The notes: generated from the letters alone by a model not told the origin. A stretch of DNA of 40,478 nt from Candidatus Omnitrophota bacterium (GCA_020341815.1 CP070837.1:849586-890063), one strand, 5' to 3'. Counted from the first letter of the stretch, positions 18,874 to 28,089 are shown. Program-made: numbers and translations.

Positions 18874-19536
18874 ATGGCAAGAATAGCGAGAGTCGTTGTT
18901 CCTGAATTCCCTCACCACATAATCCAAAGAGGCAATCGTCGGCAGAAAGTATTCTTCAATGAAGATGACTATAGCCAATATCTTAGATTGCTCAATACTT
19001 ATTCGCATCAATTTAAGGTAGATATTCTGGCTTATTGTTTAATGCCTAACCATATACACCTTATCGCAACTCCCCATGAGGATAGAAGCCTGGCTCAAGC
19101 CATAGGCGAAACCCACCGTAATTATACAAGGTTTATTAATTTTAGAGAAAACTGGCGGGGATATCTCTGGCAGGGAAGATTCTCATCATATGTTCTTGAC
19201 GAAAGGTACTTATTGGCTGCAACCCGGTATATACTTTTAAATCCTGTAAAAGCAAAATTGGCAAAGAAGCCATGGGATTATGAATGGTCAAGCACCAAGC
19301 ATCATATGATGATAGATAATGACTCTTTGGTAAAAGATAGCCTTTTAAAAACACTTGTAGAAAATTGGAAAGATTTTCTTAATGCCGCATCGCCCGATGA
19401 GGACGTCCGGTTGTTTCAACTACATGAAAGAACGGGACGCCCCTTAGGAGATAATACATTTATAGAAAAACTGGAATCTCTTCTCAAGATAAATCTTAAA
19501 AAGAAGAGAGCGGGGCGGAAGAAAAAAGAGAAATAG
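18874..19536 (+). CDS. REP-associated tyrosine (HUH, Y1_Tnp) transposase
   Basis: PHHIIQRGNRRQ, YCLMPNHIHL (HUH), LWQGRF, YILLNPVKA, WSS motifs. Confidence 0.93.
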   Translation: MARIARVVVPEFPHHIIQRGNRRQKVFFNEDDYSQYLRLLNTYSHQFKVDILAYCLMPNHIHLIATPHEDRSLAQAIGETHRNYTRFINFRENWRGYLWQGRFSSYVLDERYLLAATRYILLNPVKAKLAKKPWDYEWSSTKHHMMIDNDSLVKDSLLKTLVENWKDFLNAASPDEDVRLFQLHERTGRPLGDNTFIEKLESLLKINLKKKRAGRKKKEK

Positions 19537-19576
19537 GTATTGTGTCCCCGTTTTGCTATAAAAATAAGGGGGGAAT

Positions 19577-20587
19577 GTGTCATGTTCTTTAAGCGTCTCT
19601 AGAAATTTTTTTAATTATTATTTTGTCAAATGGGGATTGAAAGAAAAAAGCCGGTTAACTCTCAATACTCATCCTGACCCAATCCTTTTTAATATAAATG
19701 TTGATCAGGTAAAATATAACAAAGGCTTGCTTAAGTCTATATTTAGATTGGTGAAAGAAAAAAAGATTAAATATTATGCGGATACGAATAAAATTTTAGT
19801 ATATAGTCAGGATAGGAAACATAGTAAGGAAATCGATTTAGACATCGATACTTTAGAAACAGTTGAGAAGATATTGTCTTGTAGCAAGAAATTTGAGGAT
19901 ATCGAACATAATTTATTTATGGTAGAGCTGGACAATAACTTAAAATTCTTAATACGAAAAGTTCCTGTAGCAGACATTGTAACATTGAAAGAAACTATAG
20001 TTAATGAGGAATATGCTTTTCTTTATCCTTACATAGAAGGGGAAACAGTTCTTGATATCGGCGCATATATAGGCGATACTTCGATTATGTTTTGTTTAAA
20101 GGGTGCTAAGAATGTAGTGGCATATGAACCGGACCCCCTCTTGTTTAATTTATGCACAAGGAATATCAATTTGAATAATATGGCATCAAAAATTGAGGTA
20201 AGGAACTATGGTGTAAGCGATAAAGAAAGTCTTATTAATAAGAAAGGGTATAGTTTTGTAAAACCTGAACTTTTATTTGATAAGGAAAGACATTCTGTTG
20301 CCAAGGAAATAGAGATGAAAATATTATCTTTTTCAAAAGTCATCGAACAAATGAAGGAAATAGACGTGCTTAAAATGGATTGTGAAGGTGCAGAGTTCCC
20401 GGCAATCATTTCTACTCCCCCTTATATTTTGAAGAGAATAAAAGCAATTGGCATGGAATGCCATGCCAATCCTGAACCTTTAATCGATTATCTAAAAAAA
20501 GCTGATTTCAAAGTTGAGATTAAAAAAGAAATGAAAACTCAAGATAGATATTTGACAATTTTGTTTGCTGTGCAGGAAGATAACTAA
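19577..20587 (+). CDS. FkbM-family SAM methyltransferase (start uncertain)
   Basis: VLDIGAYIGD, VVAYEPDP, IDVLKMDCEGAE, MECH motifs. Confidence 0.85.
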   Translation: MSCSLSVSRNFFNYYFVKWGLKEKSRLTLNTHPDPILFNINVDQVKYNKGLLKSIFRLVKEKKIKYYADTNKILVYSQDRKHSKEIDLDIDTLETVEKILSCSKKFEDIEHNLFMVELDNNLKFLIRKVPVADIVTLKETIVNEEYAFLYPYIEGETVLDIGAYIGDTSIMFCLKGAKNVVAYEPDPLLFNLCTRNINLNNMASKIEVRNYGVSDKESLINKKGYSFVKPELLFDKERHSVAKEIEMKILSFSKVIEQMKEIDVLKMDCEGAEFPAIISTPPYILKRIKAIGMECHANPEPLIDYLKKADFKVEIKKEMKTQDRYLTILFAVQEDN

Positions 20588-20684
20588 GTTATGGGAATTC
20601 CCGGAATTCCGGCTTAATTATTACATTTCCAAAACATATATTTCCAAAGTGAAGCTTTGGAAATCTCCCCCAAGCACTTTCCTA

Positions 20685-20713
20685 TTGCACCTCTTTACTT
20701 ATAATGATATAAT
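20685..20713 (+). promoter_or_regulatory. Sigma70 promoter
   Basis: TTGCAC-17 bp-TATAAT with extended TG. Confidence 0.6.
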
Positions 20714-20764
20714 GCCGGTGTAACATGAATTATATCTGAAAGTTAGGGAAGGAGGGCACGGAAA

Positions 20765-21571
20765 ATGAAAAAGGTGTTAATTAGAATCGCTGTTGTATTA
20801 GCGGCCTTGTTTGTGCTGTCCCTTGCCAAGGATATGATAATTAAGGGCGTAGTTTCAACCGGTGTGCGTGTTCTTACCGGATTAAGACTAAATATAAGAA
20901 GTATGAGGGTGGGGGTATTTAAGAGTTTGGCCGCGATAGAAGGATTGCGAATTTATAATCCTTCCAATTTTCCGGATCCCTTGATGATGGATATGCCACA
21001 GATATATGTGGATTACGACTTTGGGAGTATTTTTAGCCGAAAAATGCATTTTGAAGAGTTAAAGCTGGATTTAAAAGAGTTTGTTGTTGTTAAAAACAGG
21101 CAAGGGAAATTGAATTTGGATTCGCTTAAGGTGGTACAGGCCCAGAAAAAGCTTAAAGAAAAGGCAAAGGAGCCTTCTAAGATACAGATAGATATACTTG
21201 AACTTAAAATTGGAAAAGTTTTATATAAAGATTACTCAAAAGGCGGTGAGCCTTCTGTAAAAGAATTTGATGTTAATATCCATGAAAAATATGAGAATAT
21301 CGATAATCCATATGCTCTGGTAAGCCTTATCGTGGTAAAATCTCTGATGAAGACAAACATCGCCAGGCTTGCAGATTTTGACCTTGAAGGTTTAAAGGGT
21401 ATGGCTTCTGATGTATTGGGACGGGCCCAGAGGCTTATATCTGATATTGAAACAAAGGCTACGAAAAAGGCGCAGGAGCTTATCAAAGAAACTCCTGAAG
21501 TATTAGATAAAGCGACAGAAGGCTTAAAAAGTATTTTTAAAGAATTGCAGACTGAGGGAATTAATAAATGA
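20765..21571 (+). CDS. AsmA-like membrane-anchored protein
   Basis: N-terminal TM; GLRIYNPSNF..VVVKNRQGKLNL pattern; paralog of 34333..35028. Confidence 0.6.
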   Translation: MKKVLIRIAVVLAALFVLSLAKDMIIKGVVSTGVRVLTGLRLNIRSMRVGVFKSLAAIEGLRIYNPSNFPDPLMMDMPQIYVDYDFGSIFSRKMHFEELKLDLKEFVVVKNRQGKLNLDSLKVVQAQKKLKEKAKEPSKIQIDILELKIGKVLYKDYSKGGEPSVKEFDVNIHEKYENIDNPYALVSLIVVKSLMKTNIARLADFDLEGLKGMASDVLGRAQRLISDIETKATKKAQELIKETPEVLDKATEGLKSIFKELQTEGINK

Positions 21572-21819
21572 TAGCAACTATGGGTATGGTGGGGGCGGTG
21601 GTTTTGCCTCTATTTAATATAGCTTTAATGACAAGGATCCGCAGGCGCAAGTCTTCCAATGATATCAGTATGGTCTGGACTATCGGTGTTTTCTCTTGTG
21701 TCTTGATTATGCTGCCTTCGGCCCTTGTTTCCACTGACTTGGTGTTTAAACTATTCTCGATTATAAATGCTCTGTTGTTCAGCGGGGTAGTTTACCACGT
21801 CTTAAGATATAGAAAGTAA
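21568..21819 (+). CDS. PQ-loop/SemiSWEET-like small membrane protein
   Basis: Three TM segments; RRKSSNDIS motif. Confidence 0.65.
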   Translation: MIATMGMVGAVVLPLFNIALMTRIRRRKSSNDISMVWTIGVFSCVLIMLPSALVSTDLVFKLFSIINALLFSGVVYHVLRYRK

Positions 21820-21832
21820 ATATAAAAAGAGC

Positions 21833-21861
21833 TTGACAGCAATTTTGTTTTATGGTATAAA
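21833..21861 (+). promoter_or_regulatory. Sigma70 promoter
   Basis: TTGACA-17 bp-TATAAA with extended TG. Confidence 0.6.
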
Positions 21862-21903
21862 TATTCCTAGATGGAATATAAAACAACAAGGGAGGAGGTA
21901 AAA

Positions 21904-22509
21904 ATGAGAAATATATTGATTGGGATTTTGGCGTTGTTAATAGGTTGTGCCGCGGGCAACGCATTTGCGGAAGATTTAGCCGGCAGGTTTAGCGTAGGAA
22001 TCGCAGGTGGCGGAATATTTCCTAAAGATAGCGATATCGATGATACCTATTATGTAGGTGGTAATTTTGCATACGGTATCAATGAGTATTTTGCCATAGG
22101 CGCAGAAGCAGGCTATACCAGCTGGGATGACGAAGAAGCCGGTGTTGATTACGGTGAGGTGGAAGCTATTCCCTTACTCGCTGACTTATATTTACGACGT
22201 CCTGTTGAAGTGGGAGAAAATATACTTGTGCCGTACGTGGTTGGTGGAGTTGGAGTCATTTTCTGGGACTACGAAGAAAGCGATTTGCTCACCTCTAACG
22301 CAATAACTGTAGATATGGATGCTGAATTAGGGGTAAAGGCCGGAGGCGGATTTGACTACTTTTTCACCGAGAATTCCGCAATAAACATTGAAGGTGCATA
22401 TATCTGGTCTGATGCCGATATGTCAGTTGCGGCTTTTGGATTATATGGAGCAGCAACTATAGATACAGACTATTGGTTAGCCACCGGCGGTTTCAAACAT
22501 TATTTTTAA
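21904..22509 (+). CDS. 8-stranded outer-membrane beta-barrel (OmpW/OmpA-like)
   Basis: RBS GGAGGAGG before ATG 21904; signal peptide AFA; PYVVGGVG; C-terminal HYF. Confidence 0.8.
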   Translation: MRNILIGILALLIGCAAGNAFAEDLAGRFSVGIAGGGIFPKDSDIDDTYYVGGNFAYGINEYFAIGAEAGYTSWDDEEAGVDYGEVEAIPLLADLYLRRPVEVGENILVPYVVGGVGVIFWDYEESDLLTSNAITVDMDAELGVKAGGGFDYFFTENSAINIEGAYIWSDADMSVAAFGLYGAATIDTDYWLATGGFKHYF

Positions 22510-22595
22510 TAAAATAAGGATTTTGACCCTGTTTTGAGGTCAAAAACAGTAGTTTTAGCTTCATAAAGAAGTTTAAAAAAGAATTAAAAAAGTTC

Positions 22596-22624
22596 TTGAC
22601 AGATATTTTGCTTCTTGATATAAT
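22596..22624 (+). promoter_or_regulatory. Consensus sigma70 promoter
   Basis: TTGACA-17 bp-TATAAT with extended TG. Confidence 0.75.
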
Positions 22625-22652
22625 AGCTTTGTTTTTATTATATATCTATTCT

Positions 22653-22704
22653 TAAAAAACTACCGGAGGCGAGCAAAAAAAGGTAGACCTGTGGTAGTTT
22701 TTTA
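22653..22704 (+). promoter_or_regulatory. Leader stem-loop (possible attenuator or sRNA terminator)
   Basis: TAAAAAACTACC/GGTAGTTTTTTA perfect 12-bp arms around a 28-nt loop, inside the 5' UTR. Confidence 0.5.
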
Positions 22705-22743
22705 TTTTATATAGATTTACGACAACAAGGAAGGAGACAGAAA

Positions 22744-23586
22744 ATGAAGACAACTGTAGTGGCAATAATATGCTTTGTATTGCTAGGGGCAACAGCTGCT
22801 TTAGCAGAAGTAGAGCTCCAGGAGCATAACTGGGATCTGGGAACTGAAATATCCCACATCAAATACGAAGAGCCCGACATAATGGAAGAAGAAGGCGCGA
22901 TGTATGGAGTGGTTGGTTCCTATACTTATCATAACAAGCTTATGCTAAGAGGAGAAGTTAAAGGTAGCTGGGGAGAGGTGGACTATACCTCAGTAGATTC
23001 AGGAGATATAAACAATATAGACGATTATATGGTGGAAGCAAGGGCATTAGGCGGCTATGACTTTCCCGTATCAGAGACAACTATCCTTACACCTTATATA
23101 GGGTTTGGATATAGATACTTAAATGATGATATGTCCGGGACGGTCAGCACCACAGGGAACCTTGGTTATGAAAGAGAATCCAACTACTATTATAGCCCCA
23201 TAGGCATAGAGACTATTACTGAATTAGATAATGATTGGTTTCTTGGGCTAACATGTGAATATGACTATTTTTGGCAGGGAAAACAGAAGAGCCATTTAAG
23301 TGATGCCAGGTACTACCATCCTGCTTGGGGTTATTACACCCTTAATGATGTTGAAAATGATCAAGAGAAAGGTTATGGCGTTAGAGGTTCTGTAAAGCTT
23401 CTAAAGAAAGCTGAAAAAGTAGATTTAATAATAGAACCCTACATAAAATATTGGAATATCAAGAAGTCAAATGAGGTCGTTAGCTCGACTATCTCAGAAA
23501 ATGGTTTGTGGATTATAACTAGCACCGGGTATGAACCAAAAAATAATTCCACGGAAATCGGTGGCAAGATAGCAATAAGGTTTTAA
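22744..23586 (+). CDS. Outer-membrane beta-barrel protein
   Basis: Signal peptide ALA; amphipathic strands (TPYIGFGYRYL); C-terminal F. Confidence 0.75.
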   Translation: MKTTVVAIICFVLLGATAALAEVELQEHNWDLGTEISHIKYEEPDIMEEEGAMYGVVGSYTYHNKLMLRGEVKGSWGEVDYTSVDSGDINNIDDYMVEARALGGYDFPVSETTILTPYIGFGYRYLNDDMSGTVSTTGNLGYERESNYYYSPIGIETITELDNDWFLGLTCEYDYFWQGKQKSHLSDARYYHPAWGYYTLNDVENDQEKGYGVRGSVKLLKKAEKVDLIIEPYIKYWNIKKSNEVVSSTISENGLWIITSTGYEPKNNSTEIGGKIAIRF

Positions 23587-23595
23587 TAGGAAAAT

Positions 23596-23634
23596 AGAGG
23601 CAGCGCCTTAGAATAAAGAGCAGGCGTTGTCTCT
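23596..23634. terminator. Intergenic stem-loop
   Basis: AGAGGCAGCGCCT..AGGCGTTGTCTCT arms (with G-U pairs). Confidence 0.45.
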
Positions 23635-23654
23635 ATTTAATCGCGGAGAATAGA

Positions 23655-24389
23655 ATGAAAAAAATAAGTGTCTTGTTATGCGTGTGCCTGCTCTTAAGCG
23701 GATGCACAACAACAAAATATAGGGCAATTCCCGGCTTCGAGCAATATTTCAGTGGTGTAAAGACAATCGCCATTATGCCGCCTGACATTAAGATTTCCAA
23801 GCTAACCGCAGGCGGGGTAACCGAATTGATGGATGAGTGGACTGCTGAGGCCAAATCAAAGATCCTCTATGCAATAAGAGAAGAGTTAAATCCTTCATAT
23901 TCCTTTAATTCAAACCTGGTAGATGTGGAAAAGTTACCTGAAAGCGATAAGGACTTTATAAGAGAGCAGACCGGCCTGTATAATTCTGTGGCCTCCAGTA
24001 TCGTCTGGCATACCTACGCTCCGGACAGTATTTTCCAGCATAAAATCGATAACTTTGATTATACCTTGGGTCCGGATATTTCCCGCTTATCTACTCTGGC
24101 TGAGTGCGATACTTTGCTTTTTTGCTCAGGAAGAAATTATATCTGGACAGCCGGCAGAACAGGCATGGCTTTCTTTGGAGCGCTGTTAGGATGTGCTACA
24201 GGAGTTTTGATATTGCCAACGAGCGGCGCGGAATATATTGCTATTTCTTTTGTTGATGTTAAAAGCGGCGATGTTGTCTGGTTCGATTGCAACACCATGC
24301 AGGGTGACTTAAGAAAAGATACCGTCTGCCAAAAAAATATACGAAGTCTATTCAGTAGTCTCCCGGAAAGGTTGAATGATGTTAATTAA
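23655..24389 (+). CDS. Hypothetical lipoprotein
   Basis: Lipobox LSGC. Confidence 0.7.
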   Translation: MKKISVLLCVCLLLSGCTTTKYRAIPGFEQYFSGVKTIAIMPPDIKISKLTAGGVTELMDEWTAEAKSKILYAIREELNPSYSFNSNLVDVEKLPESDKDFIREQTGLYNSVASSIVWHTYAPDSIFQHKIDNFDYTLGPDISRLSTLAECDTLLFCSGRNYIWTAGRTGMAFFGALLGCATGVLILPTSGAEYIAISFVDVKSGDVVWFDCNTMQGDLRKDTVCQKNIRSLFSSLPERLNDVN

Positions 24390-25563
24390 AAAAGCTGTAT
24401 CTTTAGTGCTTTCCTGCTCGGTCTGCCTAAGTTCCATATCCTGCGCATCTACGGATATTGCAGGTATGGGGCGGGGCAGTGCCCTTCAGATGTATGACGA
24501 CGAGACGCGAATGTGGAAACGCTCCAAAGAAATGCAGGAAGTAATAGAAAAAAGCGGACATATCTATGAGGATGAAGCCTTAGGAGAATACATAATTTCT
24601 GTATTGCATAAATTGATAGGCGATATCGCCGAAACCAACAACCTTGATTTAAAGGTTGGCATTATAAAAGACCCTTTCTTCAACGCCTTCAGTCTTCCTG
24701 ACGGCGTTATTTATATACATACAGGACTTTTAGCCAATAGCGAAAATGAAGCGCAGCTCGCAGCTGTTTTGGGGCATGAAGCCTCGCATTTTCTGCTGCG
24801 GCATGCCTTAAAACAGCACCGCTCCACGATGAATAAAACGGCCTTCTTTAATGTTGTGAACATGACAGTGGGTACTGCCGCCTGTGTTGTGGCAGGAGCT
24901 GCCGGAGCACTTCTGGCAGGGGTTTTGGGTAAATACGGATTAAACGCCTCAATCTTTGGTTACAGCCGCCAAATGGAAAGAGAGGCGGATGAAAATGCAT
25001 TTAAGCTTATTAAAGAGGCTGGCTACAATCCTCACGAGGCAAAGAAATTCCTGGAAACATTAGCCGAGATGACAGAAGGCGAAGATAAAATTCCTTACTT
25101 CTACAGCACTCATCCAAGAATCAAGGAACGAATTGAAACCTTTGAGGAATTAATCAAGGAATCGGGAAGTCCGGCAGAAGGTATAGATAATGCCGATATA
25201 TACAACCAGATGGTAAAGAACCTCGTATTGGAAAACGCCGAATTGGATATGAAACGCAAGAACGGTTTGAAATCGGCCAGAAGGCAAATCGCAAGATACA
25301 ACAACATGTATGCCGATGACTTCAAGGCCTATTATCTTCTGGGTAAATTAAATGCCCTGGAAGGAAATAAAGAAGAGGCTGAGGAAAGATTAAAGAAGTC
25401 CATAGAGCTGATGCCCGATTTTGCCGAAAGCCATAAAGAACTGGGCCTGTTATATTATAAAGACGATAAAAAGCAGGATGCCCGGGCAGAATTTGAGAAA
25501 TATTTGGCATTAGAACCGCAAGCCAAGGATGCCGAATATGTAAGGGGGTATATGAATGAATAG
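24376..25563 (+). CDS. M48 metalloprotease with TPRs (BepA/YfgC-like lipoprotein)
   Basis: NAFSLPDG, HEASH, EREAD, STHP motifs; C-terminal TPRs. Confidence 0.88.
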   Translation: MMLIKKAVSLVLSCSVCLSSISCASTDIAGMGRGSALQMYDDETRMWKRSKEMQEVIEKSGHIYEDEALGEYIISVLHKLIGDIAETNNLDLKVGIIKDPFFNAFSLPDGVIYIHTGLLANSENEAQLAAVLGHEASHFLLRHALKQHRSTMNKTAFFNVVNMTVGTAACVVAGAAGALLAGVLGKYGLNASIFGYSRQMEREADENAFKLIKEAGYNPHEAKKFLETLAEMTEGEDKIPYFYSTHPRIKERIETFEELIKESGSPAEGIDNADIYNQMVKNLVLENAELDMKRKNGLKSARRQIARYNNMYADDFKAYYLLGKLNALEGNKEEAEERLKKSIELMPDFAESHKELGLLYYKDDKKQDARAEFEKYLALEPQAKDAEYVRGYMNE

Positions 25564-26134
25564 ATTTAGACATCTTAAGATTATTCCTGTTTTACTTTTG
25601 CTTGTTACTTTATCCGGCTGCGTAACCATGTGGACATATCTGAAAGAAGAAGATGAATGGAAGCGCCGGCCTTTTGAGGCAAGGCTGCCTGCGGGATGGG
25701 TAAAATATAATGCACCTGGCGCCATATTAATCCTGACAAAAGACGGCCTCTTGCTTCAGCAGATACAGATAGTCCAGCATAGAATAGATACAGACAAGGA
25801 ATTCCCCATAAGCAAAAAGATGATAAAAGAAGATATGCTGGTTCAGGAAATAGCAGAGCTGGTTGTTAATGAGATGGCTCTGGATAACGAGCGGATGATG
25901 AACTTCAAGATTCTGGAGAACAAGCCCGTTGAGATTTCCGGAATAGACGGCTTCAAGCTCACTTATAGCTATAAAGATGGGGATTTTAAAAGAATTAAGG
26001 GCATTTACTGCGGCTTTATTTTTGATAAGAAGTTCTATAGCGTCGAATATATTGCCGCCCAGCAGTATTATTTTGATAAGGATTTAAGGGATTTTGAATG
26101 GTTCGTTGACAATCTTCAGATTGTCAAAAAATAG
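25556..26134 (+). CDS. Hypothetical lipoprotein (PsbP/DcrB-like)
   Basis: Lipobox LSGC; LPAGW motif. Confidence 0.6.
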   Translation: MNRFRHLKIIPVLLLLVTLSGCVTMWTYLKEEDEWKRRPFEARLPAGWVKYNAPGAILILTKDGLLLQQIQIVQHRIDTDKEFPISKKMIKEDMLVQEIAELVVNEMALDNERMMNFKILENKPVEISGIDGFKLTYSYKDGDFKRIKGIYCGFIFDKKFYSVEYIAAQQYYFDKDLRDFEWFVDNLQIVKK

Positions 26135-26158
26135 AGTTATAACTATATTATTATATTT

Positions 26159-26201
26159 AAAAGCGCAAAGACAGGTTCAGGCTTGCTTTTTGCGCTTTTT
26201 T
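26159..26201 (+). terminator. Intrinsic terminator
   Basis: AAAAGCGCAAA..TTTGCGCTTTTT after the three-gene operon. Confidence 0.55.
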
Positions 26202-26277
26202 AATTTCAAAAAATTATAGAAATATTTTCCTGCTTGTGCTATATTAGTGGGCAGGAAAGGAAAGGTGAATTCTAGCA

Positions 26278-26640
26278 ATGAAAAAGATCCTGGTTGTTGA
26301 CGACGAAATAGGCGTTTTTATGTCTATCAAGATGGCTTTGAGCGGTAATTGTCAGGTTACACCGGCCTATACCGGGGCTGAGGCCATTGAGCAGTTCAAG
26401 AAGGAAAGGCCTGATTTGATACTGCTTGACTTAAGGATGCCCGATATTGACGGACTGGATATCCTGCACATTATCCGAAAGCTTGACAGTAATACCCCTG
26501 TTATCGTGATTACTGCGTATCCGGAAGACTTGAAGGATGTTTCTCTGGATGAGCTAAACATCATCTCTTGCTTTGTCAAGCCGTTTGACCTTAACGAGTT
26601 AACGAAGAATATAAATAAAATATGGGGAGGGGAGAGATGA
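26278..26640 (+). CDS. Single-domain response regulator (REC)
   Basis: ILVVDD, LLDLRMP, ITAY, KPF motifs. Confidence 0.92.
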   Translation: MKKILVVDDEIGVFMSIKMALSGNCQVTPAYTGAEAIEQFKKERPDLILLDLRMPDIDGLDILHIIRKLDSNTPVIVITAYPEDLKDVSLDELNIISCFVKPFDLNELTKNINKIWGGER

Positions 26641-27020
26641 TTTGGAACGGGAAAGAAAAGAGGCGGTTTCCCAGAAAAAAAGCATTAATAGGCGTAGACA
26701 TCCTCAAGATAGACAATAAGAAATTACCCTATAAGTTCGACCAGGAAATAGGTAGAAATATAGGCTTAGGCGGGATATGCATCGAGCTGAGTAAAAAGCT
26801 CCCCGTATCAACTGAACTCTGGATGGAGTTATTGATAGATAAAAACCTGCCGCCAATTAAGGCAAAAGGCAAAGTGATATGGATAAAAGAATACATAAGG
26901 CCGGCTTCTGTCATTGGGGGCATAAAGGTAAAAGAACGCAAGAACTTCATTATGGGAGTGGAGTTTCTGGAAATTACAGAAAGCGACAAAAAGAGAATTA
27001 ACAGATTCGTAACAAGTTAG
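26637..27020 (+). CDS. PilZ-domain protein
   Basis: RRFPR and NIGLGG motifs; ATGA-coupled start at 26637. Confidence 0.85.
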   Translation: MIWNGKEKRRFPRKKALIGVDILKIDNKKLPYKFDQEIGRNIGLGGICIELSKKLPVSTELWMELLIDKNLPPIKAKGKVIWIKEYIRPASVIGGIKVKERKNFIMGVEFLEITESDKKRINRFVTS

Positions 27021-27026
27021 GCAAGA

Positions 27027-27164
27027 ATGAAATATACCAAAAAACCAAAATACAAATTGGATAAACGAAAAATCGTTGTTAAAAAAGATGCGGACTTAAC
27101 GGCTGAGGAACTTTATGAAGAGCGCCTCAGAGAAAAAAGCCGCCGGCGCTCGCGAAAGCATTGA
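27027..27164 (+). CDS. Small basic protein (45 aa), absent from the track
   Basis: MKYTKKPKYKLDKRKIVVKKDADLTAEELYEERLREKSRRRSRKH; fills the gap exactly, stop 1 bp before the next ATG. Confidence 0.5.
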   Translation: MKYTKKPKYKLDKRKIVVKKDADLTAEELYEERLREKSRRRSRKH

Positions 27165-27165
27165 C

Positions 27166-28089
27166 ATGAACAAAGAAAAGAAAAAACAGATAGAGAGGTG
27201 GTTCGGCCGGCAATGGGTCAACCTGATTTTGATCTTGAGTCGCTTTCTGACTCTTGAGATAGCGCGCTTTTGCGGGCGGGTGCTGGGAAAGGCCGCTTTC
27301 TATCTTATCCCCCGTCACCGCCGGGGAGCCCTGCGCAATATCGAGCTGATTTACAAAGATAAGCCCAAAGAAGAATTGCGCCGGATAATCCGCCGCACTT
27401 TTATCCATGCCTCTTGCTTCGGCTGGGAAACCGTTTATCTTTATACTCACAATATAACTAATGGGGAAGTGAACAAGCTGGTAACAAAAGTGGAGGGGCT
27501 TGAATATTTGCAGAAGGCCGCGACGCGCGGCAAGGGCGTAATCGGCTTGGGGGCGCATTTAGGCAACTTTACTCTCCTGGGGAAAAAGCTGGAGAGTTTA
27601 GGATTTGCCTCAACATCTATAATGCGCCAGATGAGAGACGAAAAATTAGAAACCATGTTCCGCATAATGCGCTCCAGAATCGGACAGAACTCGATACCAA
27701 AATTTCCCGTCTCCCGCGCCGTCAGAGAAAGCATCGAATGGCTTAAGAAAGGAAAAATCCTAATGCTTTATGTAGACCAGCGCTCAGGCCAGGGGGTAGA
27801 AGTAGATTTTATGGGCATACCTACGCCTACTCCTACAGGGGCGGCGGTATTCGCTTTAAAGACAGAGGCAGCGGTATTGCCTATTGTCAATGTCCGGGAT
27901 GAAGAGGGCTTCTACAAACTGCTTATCGGAGAAGAGGTTCCTATTGTAAGGACAGAAGATCACAAAAAAGATATTTTGGTAAACACGGCCAAGTTTAATA
28001 AGATAATCGAAAAGTATATCCGTCTTTATCCTGATCAATGGTTTTGGTTTCATAACCGATGGAAGGGGGTAAAACCAAATGAAAACTAA
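27166..28089 (+). CDS. Lipid A late acyltransferase (LpxL/HtrB family)
   Basis: KGVIGLGAHLGNF, YVDQ, VDFMG, PDQWFWFHNRWK motifs. Confidence 0.85.
   Translation: MNKEKKKQIERWFGRQWVNLILILSRFLTLEIARFCGRVLGKAAFYLIPRHRRGALRNIELIYKDKPKEELRRIIRRTFIHASCFGWETVYLYTHNITNGEVNKLVTKVEGLEYLQKAATRGKGVIGLGAHLGNFTLLGKKLESLGFASTSIMRQMRDEKLETMFRIMRSRIGQNSIPKFPVSRAVRESIEWLKKGKILMLYVDQRSGQGVEVDFMGIPTPTPTGAAVFALKTEAAVLPIVNVRDEEGFYKLLIGEEVPIVRTEDHKKDILVNTAKFNKIIEKYIRLYPDQWFWFHNRWKGVKPNEN

Larger units (their letters stand above)
18818..19549 (+). mobile_element. RAYT/Y1 transposase element with terminal inverted repeats
   Basis: GGGGACACAATAC (18818-30)/GTATTGTGTCCCC (19537-49) perfect 13 bp, extendable to 18/20. 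Confidence 0.8.

Noticed and set aside
22521-22545. TTTTGACC/GGTCAAAA inverted repeat as a terminator
   Set aside because: T-runs precede the stem on both strands, so the geometry is wrong; function unclear.
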